Shown: piece by piece, positions 18,762-29,300 of the stretch
Numbering within the stretch: position 1 is the stretch's first letter
Layout of the letters: every line of letters begins with the position of its first letter
NCBI GenBank assembly: GCA_965242695.1
Contig: CBDESU010000001.1
Coordinates: 992,001 to 1,056,000, forward strand
Reading direction: 5' to 3'
Length of the DNA stretch: 64,000 nt
Source of the DNA: Cenarchaeum sp.
GTDB lineage: Archaea > Thermoproteota > Nitrososphaeria > Nitrososphaerales > Nitrosopumilaceae
Translations under genes and position numbers: made by a program
The notes under the pieces: model-generated
Database searches by the model: none
Seen by the model: the letters and a program-made list of their open reading frames with translations, nothing else
Told to the model about the DNA's origin: nothing

Positions 18762-18799
18762 GCACAATGTTTCCAAACTCGGGTTTTGAAACATTGGGC
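18762..18799. repeat. Third, diverged copy of the 17.3-kb palindrome
   Basis: gcacaatgtttccaaactcgggttttgaaacattgggc, with perfect caatgtttc/gaaacattg arms. Confidence 0.85.
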
Positions 18800-18817
18800 G
18801 CAGGGGGGGGCAGCCGG

Positions 18818-19075
18818 CTACCCCGACACGCCGTAGTCGAGCGCGCTCAAGACGGCGCCGAACTGCGCGGCAAGCACCAGGTTCATGGCGATCGAGACGA
18901 CGGTCAGGGCGATGCCGAGGTACAGGCAGTTCTTGGCCTTTGCCGGATCGTCGGAGCGGAGGGCAAAGTACGCAATGATGCCGCCGATGATGGACAGGAA
19001 GATCGGCAGCAGGAACCACCAGTTGGAGCGGCGGCGCTCCGGCTGCGGCCGCCACGACGAATCGTTGTAGTCCAT
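18818..19075 (-). CDS. Small two-TM membrane protein (thaumarchaeal-type conserved hypothetical)
   Basis: RSNWWFLLPIFLSIIGGIIAYFALRSDDPAKAKNCLYLGI. ATG 19075 at the usual TATA spacing. Confidence 0.8.
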   Translation of the reverse strand: MDYNDSSWRPQPERRRSNWWFLLPIFLSIIGGIIAYFALRSDDPAKAKNCLYLGIALTVVSIAMNLVLAAQFGAVLSALDYGVSG

Positions 19076-19170
19076 GGGCGGCCGCCGCGCGGGGGCGTTA
19101 TGTGCCTGTCGGCGGGCGGCCAGGGACTGGGCCCAGGCGGGGGCCAGTGATCCCAGCCAAGGGGTCGACA

Positions 19171-19354
19171 CTAGCAACGATAATTTTGTCTATACTAGGA
19201 TGAAAATAATGTTTTGATCTAAATAATGTTGTATAATAGATATTTCTACTATAAACATGATAATTTTCAAATATAGTGAATATAATCAATACAATGTATT
19301 TTTATTTGGCTATAGAGATATGAATAGTATAAGGATGAAAAATTTCAATACATA
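19171..19354. other. AT-rich intergenic island
   Basis: Hand count 39 G+C in 184 nt (about 21%) inside otherwise very GC-rich DNA, with short internal direct repeats. Confidence 0.9.
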
Positions 19355-19794
19355 GGGATCGCCCCGGATGGAGCCCGCTCCACGGCGCCAGCCGGCGCCT
19401 GCCGGCGCAGGGTGGGCGCGGCGCAGGAATCGAAGGATCGGGAAATTCGAGTCGGGGGGCTGGGCGAGGGGTCAGCACGGGCGCGTCGCCGGCGGGCCGG
19501 AGCCTGCCGGATGCCGCCGCCCCTTCAAGCGGCGCGGCCCGGCGGCGCCTGGAAGGGGCCGCAAGGCGGCGGATCGGAAAATTCGAGTTGGGATGTCCGA
19601 GGCAGCCGCTGGCGCCTCGGGAGTGCGCCTGCCGCCCGTTCCGATCCACCCTCCGCGCCCGCATTCGCGCCTCGCGCCTACACGCGGCCGCAGGATCGGG
19701 CCGGCATTCCACGGCACGGCGCAGCGTCCAGCACGAGAGTGGCGGCCGGATGCCCCTAGAAAGCAAGATATGGCGCGGATCCGCGGCGCCGCCG

Positions 19795-20403
19795 TTGGCC
19801 CGCAAGTCCACCCCGGCCCGCGCCGCCGGCAGGGGCAAGGCAGACAGAAGGCGCAGGGGCGGCGGAACCGCCGGCAAAAAAAGGGCCGCGGCAAAGGCAA
19901 AGCCGCCCGCCAGCGCAGTCAAGCAGGTGCGCGTAGGCGGCGAGACCGTGTACCTGCACGAGGCGTCGTACCAGGCGGCCGAAGATCCGGCCAGCGTCGA
20001 CGACCCGCACACGCTCATGCCCGGGGGAGGCGATCGGGATGCGACAAGGTTGTTCAACGAGGCAGGCGCGCTCATCATGAGAGATGACCACAAGGGGGCG
20101 ACGAAGCGCTACAAGGAAATCCTCGCGCGGTTCCCAAACCACTACCCGGCAAACTACAGCATGGGCGTGCAATGCCGACTTGCGGGCAAGCCTCGCAGCG
20201 CCATCAAGTACTTCACAAGGGCGATCATGGTGTGGCCGGAATACCACATGGCGTACTGGGGGATGGGGCGCACGCTGCTCGACATGGAGGAGTACGATGC
20301 GGCGCTCGAGATGCTCGACAAGGCGCTGAGCATCCAGCCCGACGACCCGCTGGTGCGCGAGGACAGGGCAGAGGCGCTCAAGGCGCTCGGCAAGCGCGGG
20401 TAG
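19795..20403 (+). CDS. Short TPR protein with basic low-complexity N-terminus
   Basis: Three TPR-like motifs (YKEILARFPNHY, YFTRAIMVWPEY, LDKALSIQPDD). Start uncertain (TTG 19795 or ATG 19750). Confidence 0.8.
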   Translation: MARKSTPARAAGRGKADRRRRGGGTAGKKRAAAKAKPPASAVKQVRVGGETVYLHEASYQAAEDPASVDDPHTLMPGGGDRDATRLFNEAGALIMRDDHKGATKRYKEILARFPNHYPANYSMGVQCRLAGKPRSAIKYFTRAIMVWPEYHMAYWGMGRTLLDMEEYDAALEMLDKALSIQPDDPLVREDRAEALKALGKRG

Positions 20404-20605
20404 GGGCAGCCTGCCGCATGCGATGGCAGCTCGTGCGGCATGCGCCGCGGCCCGTTCGCGGCAGCCCGCCCGACCCCCTCCCAGTGCAGGGGTGCGCGGC
20501 ATGCGCCGGCCCCGGCATGGCCGGGATCAAGGGCGTGGACGGGCACGGGATCGCGCCCCCGAAGGAGAGCAAAGCGTGATATTGCGCCGGCAGGCGGCCG
20601 GCGTG

Positions 20606-21218
20606 TTGGCCAGAGTACCCGGCGGAACAGGGGGCAAGGGCGGCGCCCCCAAGGCGGACGCGGGCGGCAGGCGGAGGAAGGGCCGCGGCGGCGCAGGCGG
20701 CGGCAGTCGAAGACGGGGCGCCGCGGGGGCGCGGCCCACCGACACCATCCGGCAGGTGCGCATAGGGGGCCGCCCCATGCCAGATGCATGCGACGGAGAT
20801 ACTCGCCGATCTTGACGACCCGTACGCAAGCATTCCCGGAGGCGGCGACGAGGAGGCGGCAGGCATGATCGGAAAGGCGGGGGCGGCCGCCATGAGAGGG
20901 GACCACAAAGGGGCCAAGAGACTCTGCAAGGCGGTCCTTGCGCGCTTTCCGGATCACTACATAGCAAACTACAACATGGCCATGGACTATCGACTTGAAG
21001 GCAAGCTGCGCCGCGCCGTCAAGTACCTCGAAAGGGCGATCAGGATATGGCCGGAGAACCATATCGCGCACGCCGGACTAGGGCGCGTGCTGCTCGACAT
21101 GAAGCGGTACGACGAGGCGCTCGAGGCGCTCGACATGGCGCTGGAGCTACAGCCCGGAAACCGCCTGGCGCTCGAGGATAGGGACGAGGCCCTCAAGGCG
21201 CTGCGCCGCGGCAGATGA
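20606..21218 (+). pseudogene. Tandem paralogue of the short TPR gene, frameshifted near 20780
   Basis: TIRQVRIGG (paralogue: AVKQVRVGG) lies in a different frame from the TPR body at 20784..21218. Confidence 0.65.
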
Positions 21219-21507
21219 CGGCAGGCAGAGGATTGGCGGCGGCCGCGGGCTGCGGGCATGGCAGTCCATCCCGCCGGCACCTGTGAAAAAACCGTGTCGG
21301 GGGCGGGGCGAAGTTGGGAGTAGACATCTGGCCCAGCGCCGCCGCAGGGAAACAATGCCCACGACGCAGCAGCCTGATTTGCCCCATTCAGGCAAGGGGA
21401 GCAGCGCCCGCGCGTTTGAAGGGGTCGATCCACATCTCCTCGCCCGGGGTTTTTCATACGTACAGGATCCAAAAAGCTCTTCGCAGTCTGTGATCTTTCG
21501 CCACCCG

Positions 21508-22086
21508 CTACCCCGCCGCGGCGGGGATCGGCGGGGCGGCCGCCGGATAGCGCACCGACGACGCCAGTTCGGGCCGCCATTGCCTCCCCTCGAGTGTGTA
21601 CTTGTCGCAGTCCAGGACGATGCCGATCTCGGGCGAGGTCATCTCGTCGATTATACCGCGGCAGTACTCGGTCGAGCGCCCTGCCGTCCGCTCGCCGAGC
21701 CACGTGACAAGATTCTCAATGCTGTACTTCATATGGCTGAATATGATCAGGTAGGTGGCCGCCCTGATCCAGTGGGCATCCTTGCCGGCGAGCAGGCGCA
21801 GGAGCCGTTCCCCGTCAAAGCCGTCCGGCAGCGGCGGCGCATTGCCCCCAAGGCCGGCCCGAGCGCGCGGCACGGCCTCTTCGAGATCTTTGTAGAGCCG
21901 CTTCGAGTACGGGCCGTTCAGGAGCTTGTCGTCGAACACGTACCCGTGGTCCAGCCCGAGCCGGCCGGCTATGATGGTGCAGTGGAGCAGCATCCCGAGC
22001 TCGTCAAGCTTCTGGTCCTCGTCCGCGGGCGGAGACATACGGATCACCCCTCCGTCGATGAGGTGGCGCACGAACGCTTCCAGCAT
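21508..22086 (-). CDS. 192-aa GPYS-motif protein (Panacea/SocA/YwgA-like putative antitoxin), copy 1
   Basis: IAGRLGLDHGYVF...NGPYSKRLY.DL...LPDGFDGERLLRLLAGKDAHWIRAAT. ORF conserved across six copies; family call is by motif only. Confidence 0.7.
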   Translation of the reverse strand: MLEAFVRHLIDGGVIRMSPPADEDQKLDELGMLLHCTIIAGRLGLDHGYVFDDKLLNGPYSKRLYKDLEEAVPRARAGLGGNAPPLPDGFDGERLLRLLAGKDAHWIRAATYLIIFSHMKYSIENLVTWLGERTAGRSTEYCRGIIDEMTSPEIGIVLDCDKYTLEGRQWRPELASSVRYPAAAPPIPAAAG

Positions 22087-22336
22087 GGGAGGCGGCGCAC
22101 AGGGCTAGGTATAACTGTTTGTTTTACAGCGATCCTCGCCCGCATGGGCAGAATCAAGATTCAAGCGTCGAGTTGCGGCGTGGTTTTGCTGGCCCATGGG
22201 CGTCGGCGAGCGACCTAGAGCGCGGGCCGAGGCGGCGGATCACGCCAAAGGAATCTGCAGTGCGGCGCGGCGGATGCCGCGGCCCCCGCGACACACAGTG
22301 AAGAGCAAAGATCTGCTGCAGTGCCAGGCCGCCCCG

Positions 22337-22915
22337 CTACCCTGCCGCGGCTGTGATTGTCGGGGCAACCGCCGGATAGCGCACCGACGACGCCAGTTCG
22401 GGCCGCCACTGACACCCCTCGGTCGTGTACTTGTCGCAGTCCAGGACGATGCCGATCTCGGGCGAGGTCAACTCGTCCACTATGGCGCGGCAGTACTCGG
22501 TCGAGCGCCCTGCCGTCCGCTCTCCGAGCCATGTGACAAGATCCTCGATGCAGGGCTGCATATGGCTGAAGATGATCAGGTAGGTGGCTGCCCCGATCCA
22601 GTCGGCGTCCTTGCCGGCGAGCAGGCGCAGGAGACGTTCCCCGTCAAAGCCGTCCGGCAGCGGCGGCGCATCGCCCCCAAGGCCGGCCCGAGCGCGCGGC
22701 ACGACCTCTTCGAGATCGTCGTAGAGCCGATTCGAGTTCGGGCCGTTCAGGAGCTTGTCGCCGACCACGTACCCGTGGTCCAGCCCGAGCCGGCCGGCTA
22801 TGAAGGTGCAGTGGACCAGCATCCCCAGCTCGTCAAGCTTCTGGTCCTCGTCCGCGGGCGGAGACCTCCGGATCACCCCTCCGTCCATGAGGAGCCGCGC
22901 GAGCGCTTCCAGCAT
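22337..22915 (-). CDS. 192-aa GPYS-family protein, copy 2 (GPNS variant)
   Basis: Paralogue at an exact 829-bp period from copy 1. Confidence 0.7.
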   Translation of the reverse strand: MLEALARLLMDGGVIRRSPPADEDQKLDELGMLVHCTFIAGRLGLDHGYVVGDKLLNGPNSNRLYDDLEEVVPRARAGLGGDAPPLPDGFDGERLLRLLAGKDADWIGAATYLIIFSHMQPCIEDLVTWLGERTAGRSTEYCRAIVDELTSPEIGIVLDCDKYTTEGCQWRPELASSVRYPAVAPTITAAAG

Positions 22916-23165
22916 GGGAGGCGGCGCATAGGGCTAGGTATAACTGTTTGTTTTACAGCGATCCTCGCCCGCATGGGCAGAATCAAGATTCAAGCGTCGA
23001 GTTGCGGCGTGGTTTTGCTGGCCCATGGGCGTCGGCGAGCGACCGGGCGCGCAGGCCAAGACGGAGGATCGCGCCAAAGGAATCCGCAGTGCGGCGCGGC
23101 GGATGCCGCGGCTCCCGCTACACACAGCGAAGAGTAAAGATCTGTTGTAGTGCCAGGCCGCCCCG

Positions 23166-23744
23166 CTACCCAGCCGCGGCGGGGATCGGCGGGGCGGCCG
23201 CCGGATAGCGCACCGACGACGCCAGTTCGGGCCGCCATTGCCTCCCCTCGAGTGTGTACTTGTCGCAGTCCAGGACGATGCCGATCTCGGGCGAGGTCAT
23301 CTCGTCGATTATACCGCGGCAGTACTCGGTCGAGCGCCCTGCCGTCCGCTCGCCGAGCCACGTGACAAGATTCTCAATGCTGTACTTCATATGGCTGAAT
23401 ATGATCAGGTAGGTGGCCGCCCTGATCCAGTGGGCATCCTTGCCGGCGAGCAGGCGCAGGAGCCGTTCCCCGTCAAAGCCGTCCGGCAGCGGCGGCGCAT
23501 TGCCCCCAAGGCCGGCCCGAGCGCGCGGCACGGCCTCTTCAAGATCGTTGTAGAGCCGCCTCGAGTACGGGCCGTTCATGAGCTTGTCGTCAAACACGTA
23601 CCCGTGGTCCAGCCCAAGCCGGCCGGCTATGGCGGTGCAGTGGACCAGCACCTCCAGCTCGTCGAGCTTTTGGTCATCGTCCGCGGGAGGCGACCGCCTG
23701 ATCACCCCTCCGTTGATGAGGTGCCGAATGAACGCTTCCAGCAT
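23166..23744 (-). CDS. 192-aa GPYS-family protein, copy 3 (divergent from PIN 1)
   Basis: Paralogue at 829-bp period. C-terminal part identical to copy 1. Confidence 0.7.
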   Translation of the reverse strand: MLEAFIRHLINGGVIRRSPPADDDQKLDELEVLVHCTAIAGRLGLDHGYVFDDKLMNGPYSRRLYNDLEEAVPRARAGLGGNAPPLPDGFDGERLLRLLAGKDAHWIRAATYLIIFSHMKYSIENLVTWLGERTAGRSTEYCRGIIDEMTSPEIGIVLDCDKYTLEGRQWRPELASSVRYPAAAPPIPAAAG

Positions 23745-23854
23745 GGGCGGCGGCGCCTAGGGACACCATATAACTCTTTGCTCCTGCCAGATCGCCGTGC
23801 CTGCTGACAAACATGGTCTTAAAAGGTTATATACTTCAGGATTTCCTTGCCGGC
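23745..23854. promoter_or_regulatory. Divergent promoter with back-to-back TATA boxes
   Basis: ccatataac (minus-strand TATA) and aaaaggttatata (plus-strand BRE/TATA). Conserved again at 25063-25173 and 36437-36545. Confidence 0.7.
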
Positions 23855-24340
23855 ATGGTCGTTGTCGTGTACCTAGACACATGGTTACAGAGGGCCCACG
23901 TGTCGAAAAATTCCAGCGAGCGGCGCGATGCGGCCCGTCTGCTTGCCCGGCTCCAATCTGGCGTCTATGTCGTAAAGGTGCCTCAGGTGATCATCGGCGA
24001 GGCGGTCGCGACCGTAATGAGGGACTACGACCCAGACGAGTGGGAGGAGGTGGTAGGCAGGATGATGGATGCGATCGCAAGCGTGGCCGATCCGGCCACC
24101 TGCCTTCCTCCCCTGAATACGGCGGTGGTCGAAAGGGCAGATCAGCTAAAGGCCCGCATCGTGAGACTGACGGACACGGACGCCCTCTTGGCCGCGCAGG
24201 CGCTGAGCGACCCCCTGGCGCAAAAGGTGATTACAAGGGACCACCTCCTCGGCAGCTCGGACATTCTCAAAGCCGTGGTTCGCGAGATGCTGGAGAACGG
24301 CGAGAGGGAGTTTTCCCTCAAGTTCGACGACAGCGCGTAA
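23855..24340 (+). CDS. PIN-domain (VapC-like) nuclease, copy 1
   Basis: YLDT...VPQVIIGEA...DTDALLAAQA...ITRD; four acidic catalytic positions present. Confidence 0.85.
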   Translation: MVVVVYLDTWLQRAHVSKNSSERRDAARLLARLQSGVYVVKVPQVIIGEAVATVMRDYDPDEWEEVVGRMMDAIASVADPATCLPPLNTAVVERADQLKARIVRLTDTDALLAAQALSDPLAQKVITRDHLLGSSDILKAVVREMLENGEREFSLKFDDSA

Positions 24341-24483
24341 ATCCGAACGGCCGCGGGCGGAGTGCAAGTCACCCCTTCGAGTCTGGCCGGCGCGGCCGAC
24401 GCATGCGTCCCGCGGCGGCGCCAACAGCACCCCGCACGATACACATTCCGGCCGAACTTGTGCCGTGCCTACGCACCGCTCCC

Positions 24484-25062
24484 CTACACCGCCGCGGCTG
24501 GGATCGGCGGGGCGACCGCCGGATAGCGCACCGACGACGCCAGTTCGGGCCGCCACTGACACCCCTCGGTCGTGTACTTGTCGCAGTCCAGGACGATGCC
24601 GATCTCGGGCGAGGTCAACTCGTCCACTATGGCGCGGCAGTACTCGGTCGAGCGCCCTGCCGTCCGCTCTCCGAGCCATGTGACAAGATCCTCGATGCAG
24701 GGCTGCATATGGCTGAAGATGATCAGGTAGGTGGCCGCCCCGATCCAGTCGGCGTCCTTGCCGGCGAGCAGGCGCAGGAGCCGCTCCCCGTCAAAGCCGT
24801 CCGGCAGCGGCGGCGCATCGCCCCCAAGGCCGGCCCGCGCACGCGGCACGGCCTCTTCGAGATCGTTGTAGAGCCGCTTCGAGTACGGGCCGTTCGAGAG
24901 CTTGTCACCGACCACGTACCCGTGGTCCAGCCCGAGCCGGCCGGCTACGAGGGTGCAGTGGACCAGCATTCCCAGCTCGTCAAGCTTCTGGTCCTCGTCC
25001 GTGGGCGGCGACCGCCTGATCACCCCGCCGTCCATGAGGAGCCGCACGAGTGCTTCCAGCAT
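24484..25062 (-). CDS. 192-aa GPYS-family protein, copy 4 (divergent from PIN 2)
   Basis: Paralogue; C-terminal part matches copy 2. Confidence 0.7.
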   Translation of the reverse strand: MLEALVRLLMDGGVIRRSPPTDEDQKLDELGMLVHCTLVAGRLGLDHGYVVGDKLSNGPYSKRLYNDLEEAVPRARAGLGGDAPPLPDGFDGERLLRLLAGKDADWIGAATYLIIFSHMQPCIEDLVTWLGERTAGRSTEYCRAIVDELTSPEIGIVLDCDKYTTEGCQWRPELASSVRYPAVAPPIPAAAV

Positions 25063-25173
25063 GGGGCGGCGGCGCCTAGGCATTCCATATAACCCTTTGC
25101 TCCTGCCAGATCGCCGTGTCTGCTGACAAATATGGTCTTAAAAGGTTATATACTGTAGGATTCGGTCGCCGGC

Positions 25174-25659
25174 ATGGTCGTTGTCGTGTACCTAGACACA
25201 TGGATCCTGAGGGCGTACGTGTCGAAAGATTCCAAGGAGCGGCGCGATGCGGCCCGTCTGCTCGCCCGGCTCCAGTCGGGCGTCTATGTCGTAAAGGTGC
25301 CGCAGGTGATCATCGGCGAGGCGGTCGCGACCGTAATGAGGGACTACGACCCTGACGAGTGGGAGGAGGTGGTGGGCAGGATGATGCGGGCGATCGCGGA
25401 TGTGGCCGATCCGGCCACCTGCCTTCCTCCCCTGGATACGGCGGTGGTCGAAAGGGCAGATCAGCTAAAGGCCCGCATCGTGGGACTGGCGGACACGGAC
25501 GCCCTCTTGGCAGCGCAGGCGCTGAACGACCCCCTGGCGCAAAAGGTAGTCACAAGGGACAGCACCCTCACCGGCTCGCACATTCTCAAAGCGGTGGTTC
25601 GCGAGATGGTTAAGAACGGCGAGAGGGAATTTCGCCTCAAGTTCGACGACAGAGCGTGA
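25174..25659 (+). CDS. PIN-domain nuclease, copy 2
   Basis: Same PIN motifs. The GPYS+PIN module repeats at about a 1318-bp period. Confidence 0.85.
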   Translation: MVVVVYLDTWILRAYVSKDSKERRDAARLLARLQSGVYVVKVPQVIIGEAVATVMRDYDPDEWEEVVGRMMRAIADVADPATCLPPLDTAVVERADQLKARIVGLADTDALLAAQALNDPLAQKVVTRDSTLTGSHILKAVVREMVKNGEREFRLKFDDRA

Positions 25660-25764
25660 ATCCGAGCGGCCGCGGGCGGTGCCGGCGCGCAGAGGGGCGC
25701 GAGGGCCGCCCCGCATGGTGCGCCATCCGGGCCAGATTGTGCCGCCCTACGCACCGCTCCCCTG

Positions 25765-26270
25765 CCCCGCCGCGGCGGCGATCGGCCGGGCGGCCGCAGG
25801 ATGGCGCACCGCCGATGCCTGTACGGGCCGCCACTGCTCCCCTCGAGTGTGCACTTGTCCCAGTCCAGTGCGATGCAGATCTCGGGCGAGGTCATCTCGA
25901 CCATGCCGCGGCAGCAATCCTGCGAGCGCCCGCAGACAGCCCGCCGCCGGCTTGGCCGTGGATTCGGTAGCGGGCCGCATGTGACCAAATATGATCAGGC
26001 AGGAGGCGGCCGGCAACGCACCCTGACCCTGCGGCTGGCCCGGCCCGAGGCCGGCCCCCGTGCCGCAAGGCCGCCGCAAGCGGCCATCAACGAGGCGGCC
26101 GCGGACGCAATGCCGCGCTTTGGCACCGCAGGCCAGGCAGGGGCGGCAGGAGCGTGCCGGCGATCGCAGGGTGCCATTCCGCCCACGGAGCCGGCGGCTG
26201 CGCCCTGACTTTTGCCGACCTGCGGCGCATCGGGCGCGGCCCTGACAGCTTGCGAGCGCCGCCCATGCCG
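25765..26270 (-). pseudogene. Decayed GPYS-family copy
   Basis: Fragments AASCLIIFGHMRPATE and EMTSPEICIALDWDKCTLEG occur in different frames. 5' boundary approximate. Confidence 0.7.
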
Positions 26271-26318
26271 AGCCGGCCCGATCGTCGGGCAATGCCGCTC
26301 CGTCCACATGCACGGGGG

Positions 26319-29300
26319 CTACGCGGCGCCCTTGCGAGTTCGCCATGGGGCATCCGCGGCGGCTGCAAGATCCCTGGATCGTGCTCTGCGCAGGAGCGCC
26401 GGCAGTCGCCTGCCCAGCACGGTCCCCGCCACGGCCGGCGCGGCGACGTATATTGCCGCATTGGCGGCGATCACGGCCGCCCCGAGCGCAAGCACGTGCG
26501 CCTCCGATCCCTCCTCGGCAAGCGCCATTATCGAGAGCGTCGCGAGCATCGGGGACAGGAGGATGCGCACCGCATCGCGTACGGCCGCGTTCTCGCGCTC
26601 CAGGTCGGCCACGGCCGGGGCGAACGCATAGTACGCCGAGTTGAAGGCGGCCATGAACGATGCGCCCGATGCGGTCGAGAGGACCGTCCCGTCGCGTATC
26701 TCGCGGAGGTGCTGCACCTGCGCGGCGAGCTCGGTGCCGTGCGCGGCCGTCGCGATCAGGCAGCCGCCAGAGTCGTCAGCTGCATCGTCGCCAGTGGGCG
26801 CAGCTGGCGGCTGCATGTCGTCCTGCGCGACAGGCTGCCCGTCGCCGGCATCGGCCGGGGCATCCGGCCGCGGATCTGCCGGCTCGGCCGGCGGCTCTGG
26901 AATCTCCACCTCCTGCGGCGCGACAGGCTGCCCGTCGCCGGCATCGGCCGGGGCATCCGGCCGCGGGTCGGCCGGCGCCGCCTCGTCGCCCGGCATCGCA
27001 TCGGCCGGGGCATCCGGCCGCGGGTCGGCCGGCGCTTCCTGCTCCATGTCCCGCTCCGGCTGGCGCGGCTCTTCGGCAGGCTCGCCGTACGCCCTGAAGA
27101 CGGTCTCGCCCGTGCACTGCCCGCCCGTGCGCACGGTCTCGGATACGGTAGACACTCCCCTGCCGTCGACTGCCACGGCCCTGATCGACATTATCGGATC
27201 GCTCGGCAAGGGGGCCTCGTAGACGACGCGGCCGTCCGGATGCGGCCCGTCGCCCCTTTGGGCTGCGACCGTGCCGTCCGACGACAGGACGCTGACGTCG
27301 GGGGTAATCCCAGAGTTGACCGTAATCCGCAGCGTTCCCTCGTCGCAGTCCCATGCGGCCGAGTACAGGATGACTGCGCCGCCGCCCTGCAAGAGGCGCC
27401 CGCCGCCGCCTCCACCTCCGCCGCCGCCTCCACCTCCGCCGCCTCCGCCGAAGAACTGCCCCTGCGGCTGCACGACGGCGACGGGATCGACGACCGTTGG
27501 CGGCGCGGATGGAACGACGAGGTTGGCCGTCAGCCTAGAGGTGGCCGTATAGGTGGTGTCGGCGCCGTCTCCGTCTCCGATGCCCTCGCTGTCTCCGATG
27601 CCGGTGCCGCTGTCGCCGGCGACGATCGCCGTGCCGAACCTGGTCAGGTGGTACGTGTGCACTGCCACGCCGTCGGCGACGTCTAGCAGGCACTCGCCGG
27701 CGCCGTCCAGCTGCGCCGCCACGGCGGCCGTCTCGTCGTCGTCGCACTCGGTCGTAATCGGGACGACCGCGCCGTTGGTGTTGTTGACGTAGAACGCCTC
27801 GCTTCCCGCGGGCGCGCCCGCAAGCAGTATGCGGATAGGCGCATCGAATGCAATGTGCGTGCGGTTGTCGCCGATCTCGTAGACGCCGCCCACCATCACC
27901 CGCGCGGCGTTGTCGATGCCGAGGGCGTCCGCGACGGCCTCGGCGCTCGGCCGCATGTCCGAGGCGAACATGTCGAGCAGGCCGTCGGCCGGCACGTATG
28001 TCGCGGTCGTGTTTGGTGGCACGGTCACCACGGCAAACGACGACCTGATCGTGACCGCCTCGGGCGGGAACACCACCGTGTTGGCGGCCACATCGGCCAC
28101 AAGGGGCGCCGAGGCGAGGGCCGTGACGTTGATCGCCGCGCGCGCCTCCCCGCCGGCCTCCGTGACGTCGACCTCGCGGACAAAGCCCTGCGGCGTGATC
28201 TCTACGACGGGCATCGGGCCGGACGGGCTCGACACGCCGCCGGCCCCGACGGGGATCGAATCGCCAGTGAATGCGTACCGCGTGCGGTCCGAGGTAGCGC
28301 CCTCCATGTCCGCGTTGACCTCAATCGCGCCGGTCTGCGTGCGGTTCACGCCCGGGCCGCCGAACGTGACGGTGTGCATCGCGGTGCCCAGTCCCCGCAC
28401 GTCCGCTTCGGACTCGGCGGCAAGGCCGCCGGGCCCCGTCACCATTCCGTACACGGGGCCGCCGTGGCCTGCGGGCGGGCCCATCGGCTGCGAGTATGCG
28501 ACCACGACGGTGTTGGGCCCCGTAAACTGGGCGCTCGCAGTAGCCGCGGCCGGGACCAGCGGCAACCACTGGACGCCGCCGGCAAAGCGCGATGCATCCG
28601 GCGCGTACCCCGGGTACGCGTTGTACCTGGCATCGAGCGTGCCGGCCGCATCGTTGCGCACCAGCACGCCAGTGTTGTTCTCGTGGACGGCGTTGTCGTT
28701 GAACCGAACGTCCTGCCCGTCGGGGTGCCCGATTGCGTGGTTTGCCGCCCCGGGGCCCCACGGCGCATCGTACGCATCGCCGCGCACCTCGCACACGTCG
28801 CCGCATATGGCGAACGCGCCGTTGCTGTCCGATATCGTGTTGCCGCTTGCCAGCACGTTGTCGGTCGGGCCTAGGGCGCCGCCGTCGCCGGGCTTTACCA
28901 GTATCGCCGCCTCGTACCCGGCATCCAGGCTGCCCGAGACGCCCGACAGGTAGTCAAAGTCCGCCTCGCTGTTGGCGCCGGCGATCGTATTGCCCGCAAT
29001 GTCGACCCCGTCCGAGCCGCCCCCGACTACGATCGCGCTGCCCGGCGTGTTGCGTATGTCGTTTCCCGACACTGCCACGCCGCGGCCCTGCCCGATCTCT
29101 ATCCCAGTGCCGCTCGTGCCGTCGATCATGTTCGAGAGGAACCTGGCATCGCTCACCTGCACCGAGTTCGGGCTCTGGCCCGTGTGTATTGCGGCCCTGG
29201 GCTCGGCCGCTACGGGGTACGTCCCGATCCCCGAGAGGGTGTTGTTGGCCACCGTGATCCGCTCGACGCGCCCGTCGGCGGCGCCCCCGATGTCTATGCC

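Noticed and set aside
19098-19289. 63-aa ORF across the AT-rich island
   Set aside because: Composition-driven (Ile/Tyr/Phe-rich), with no recognisable motif.
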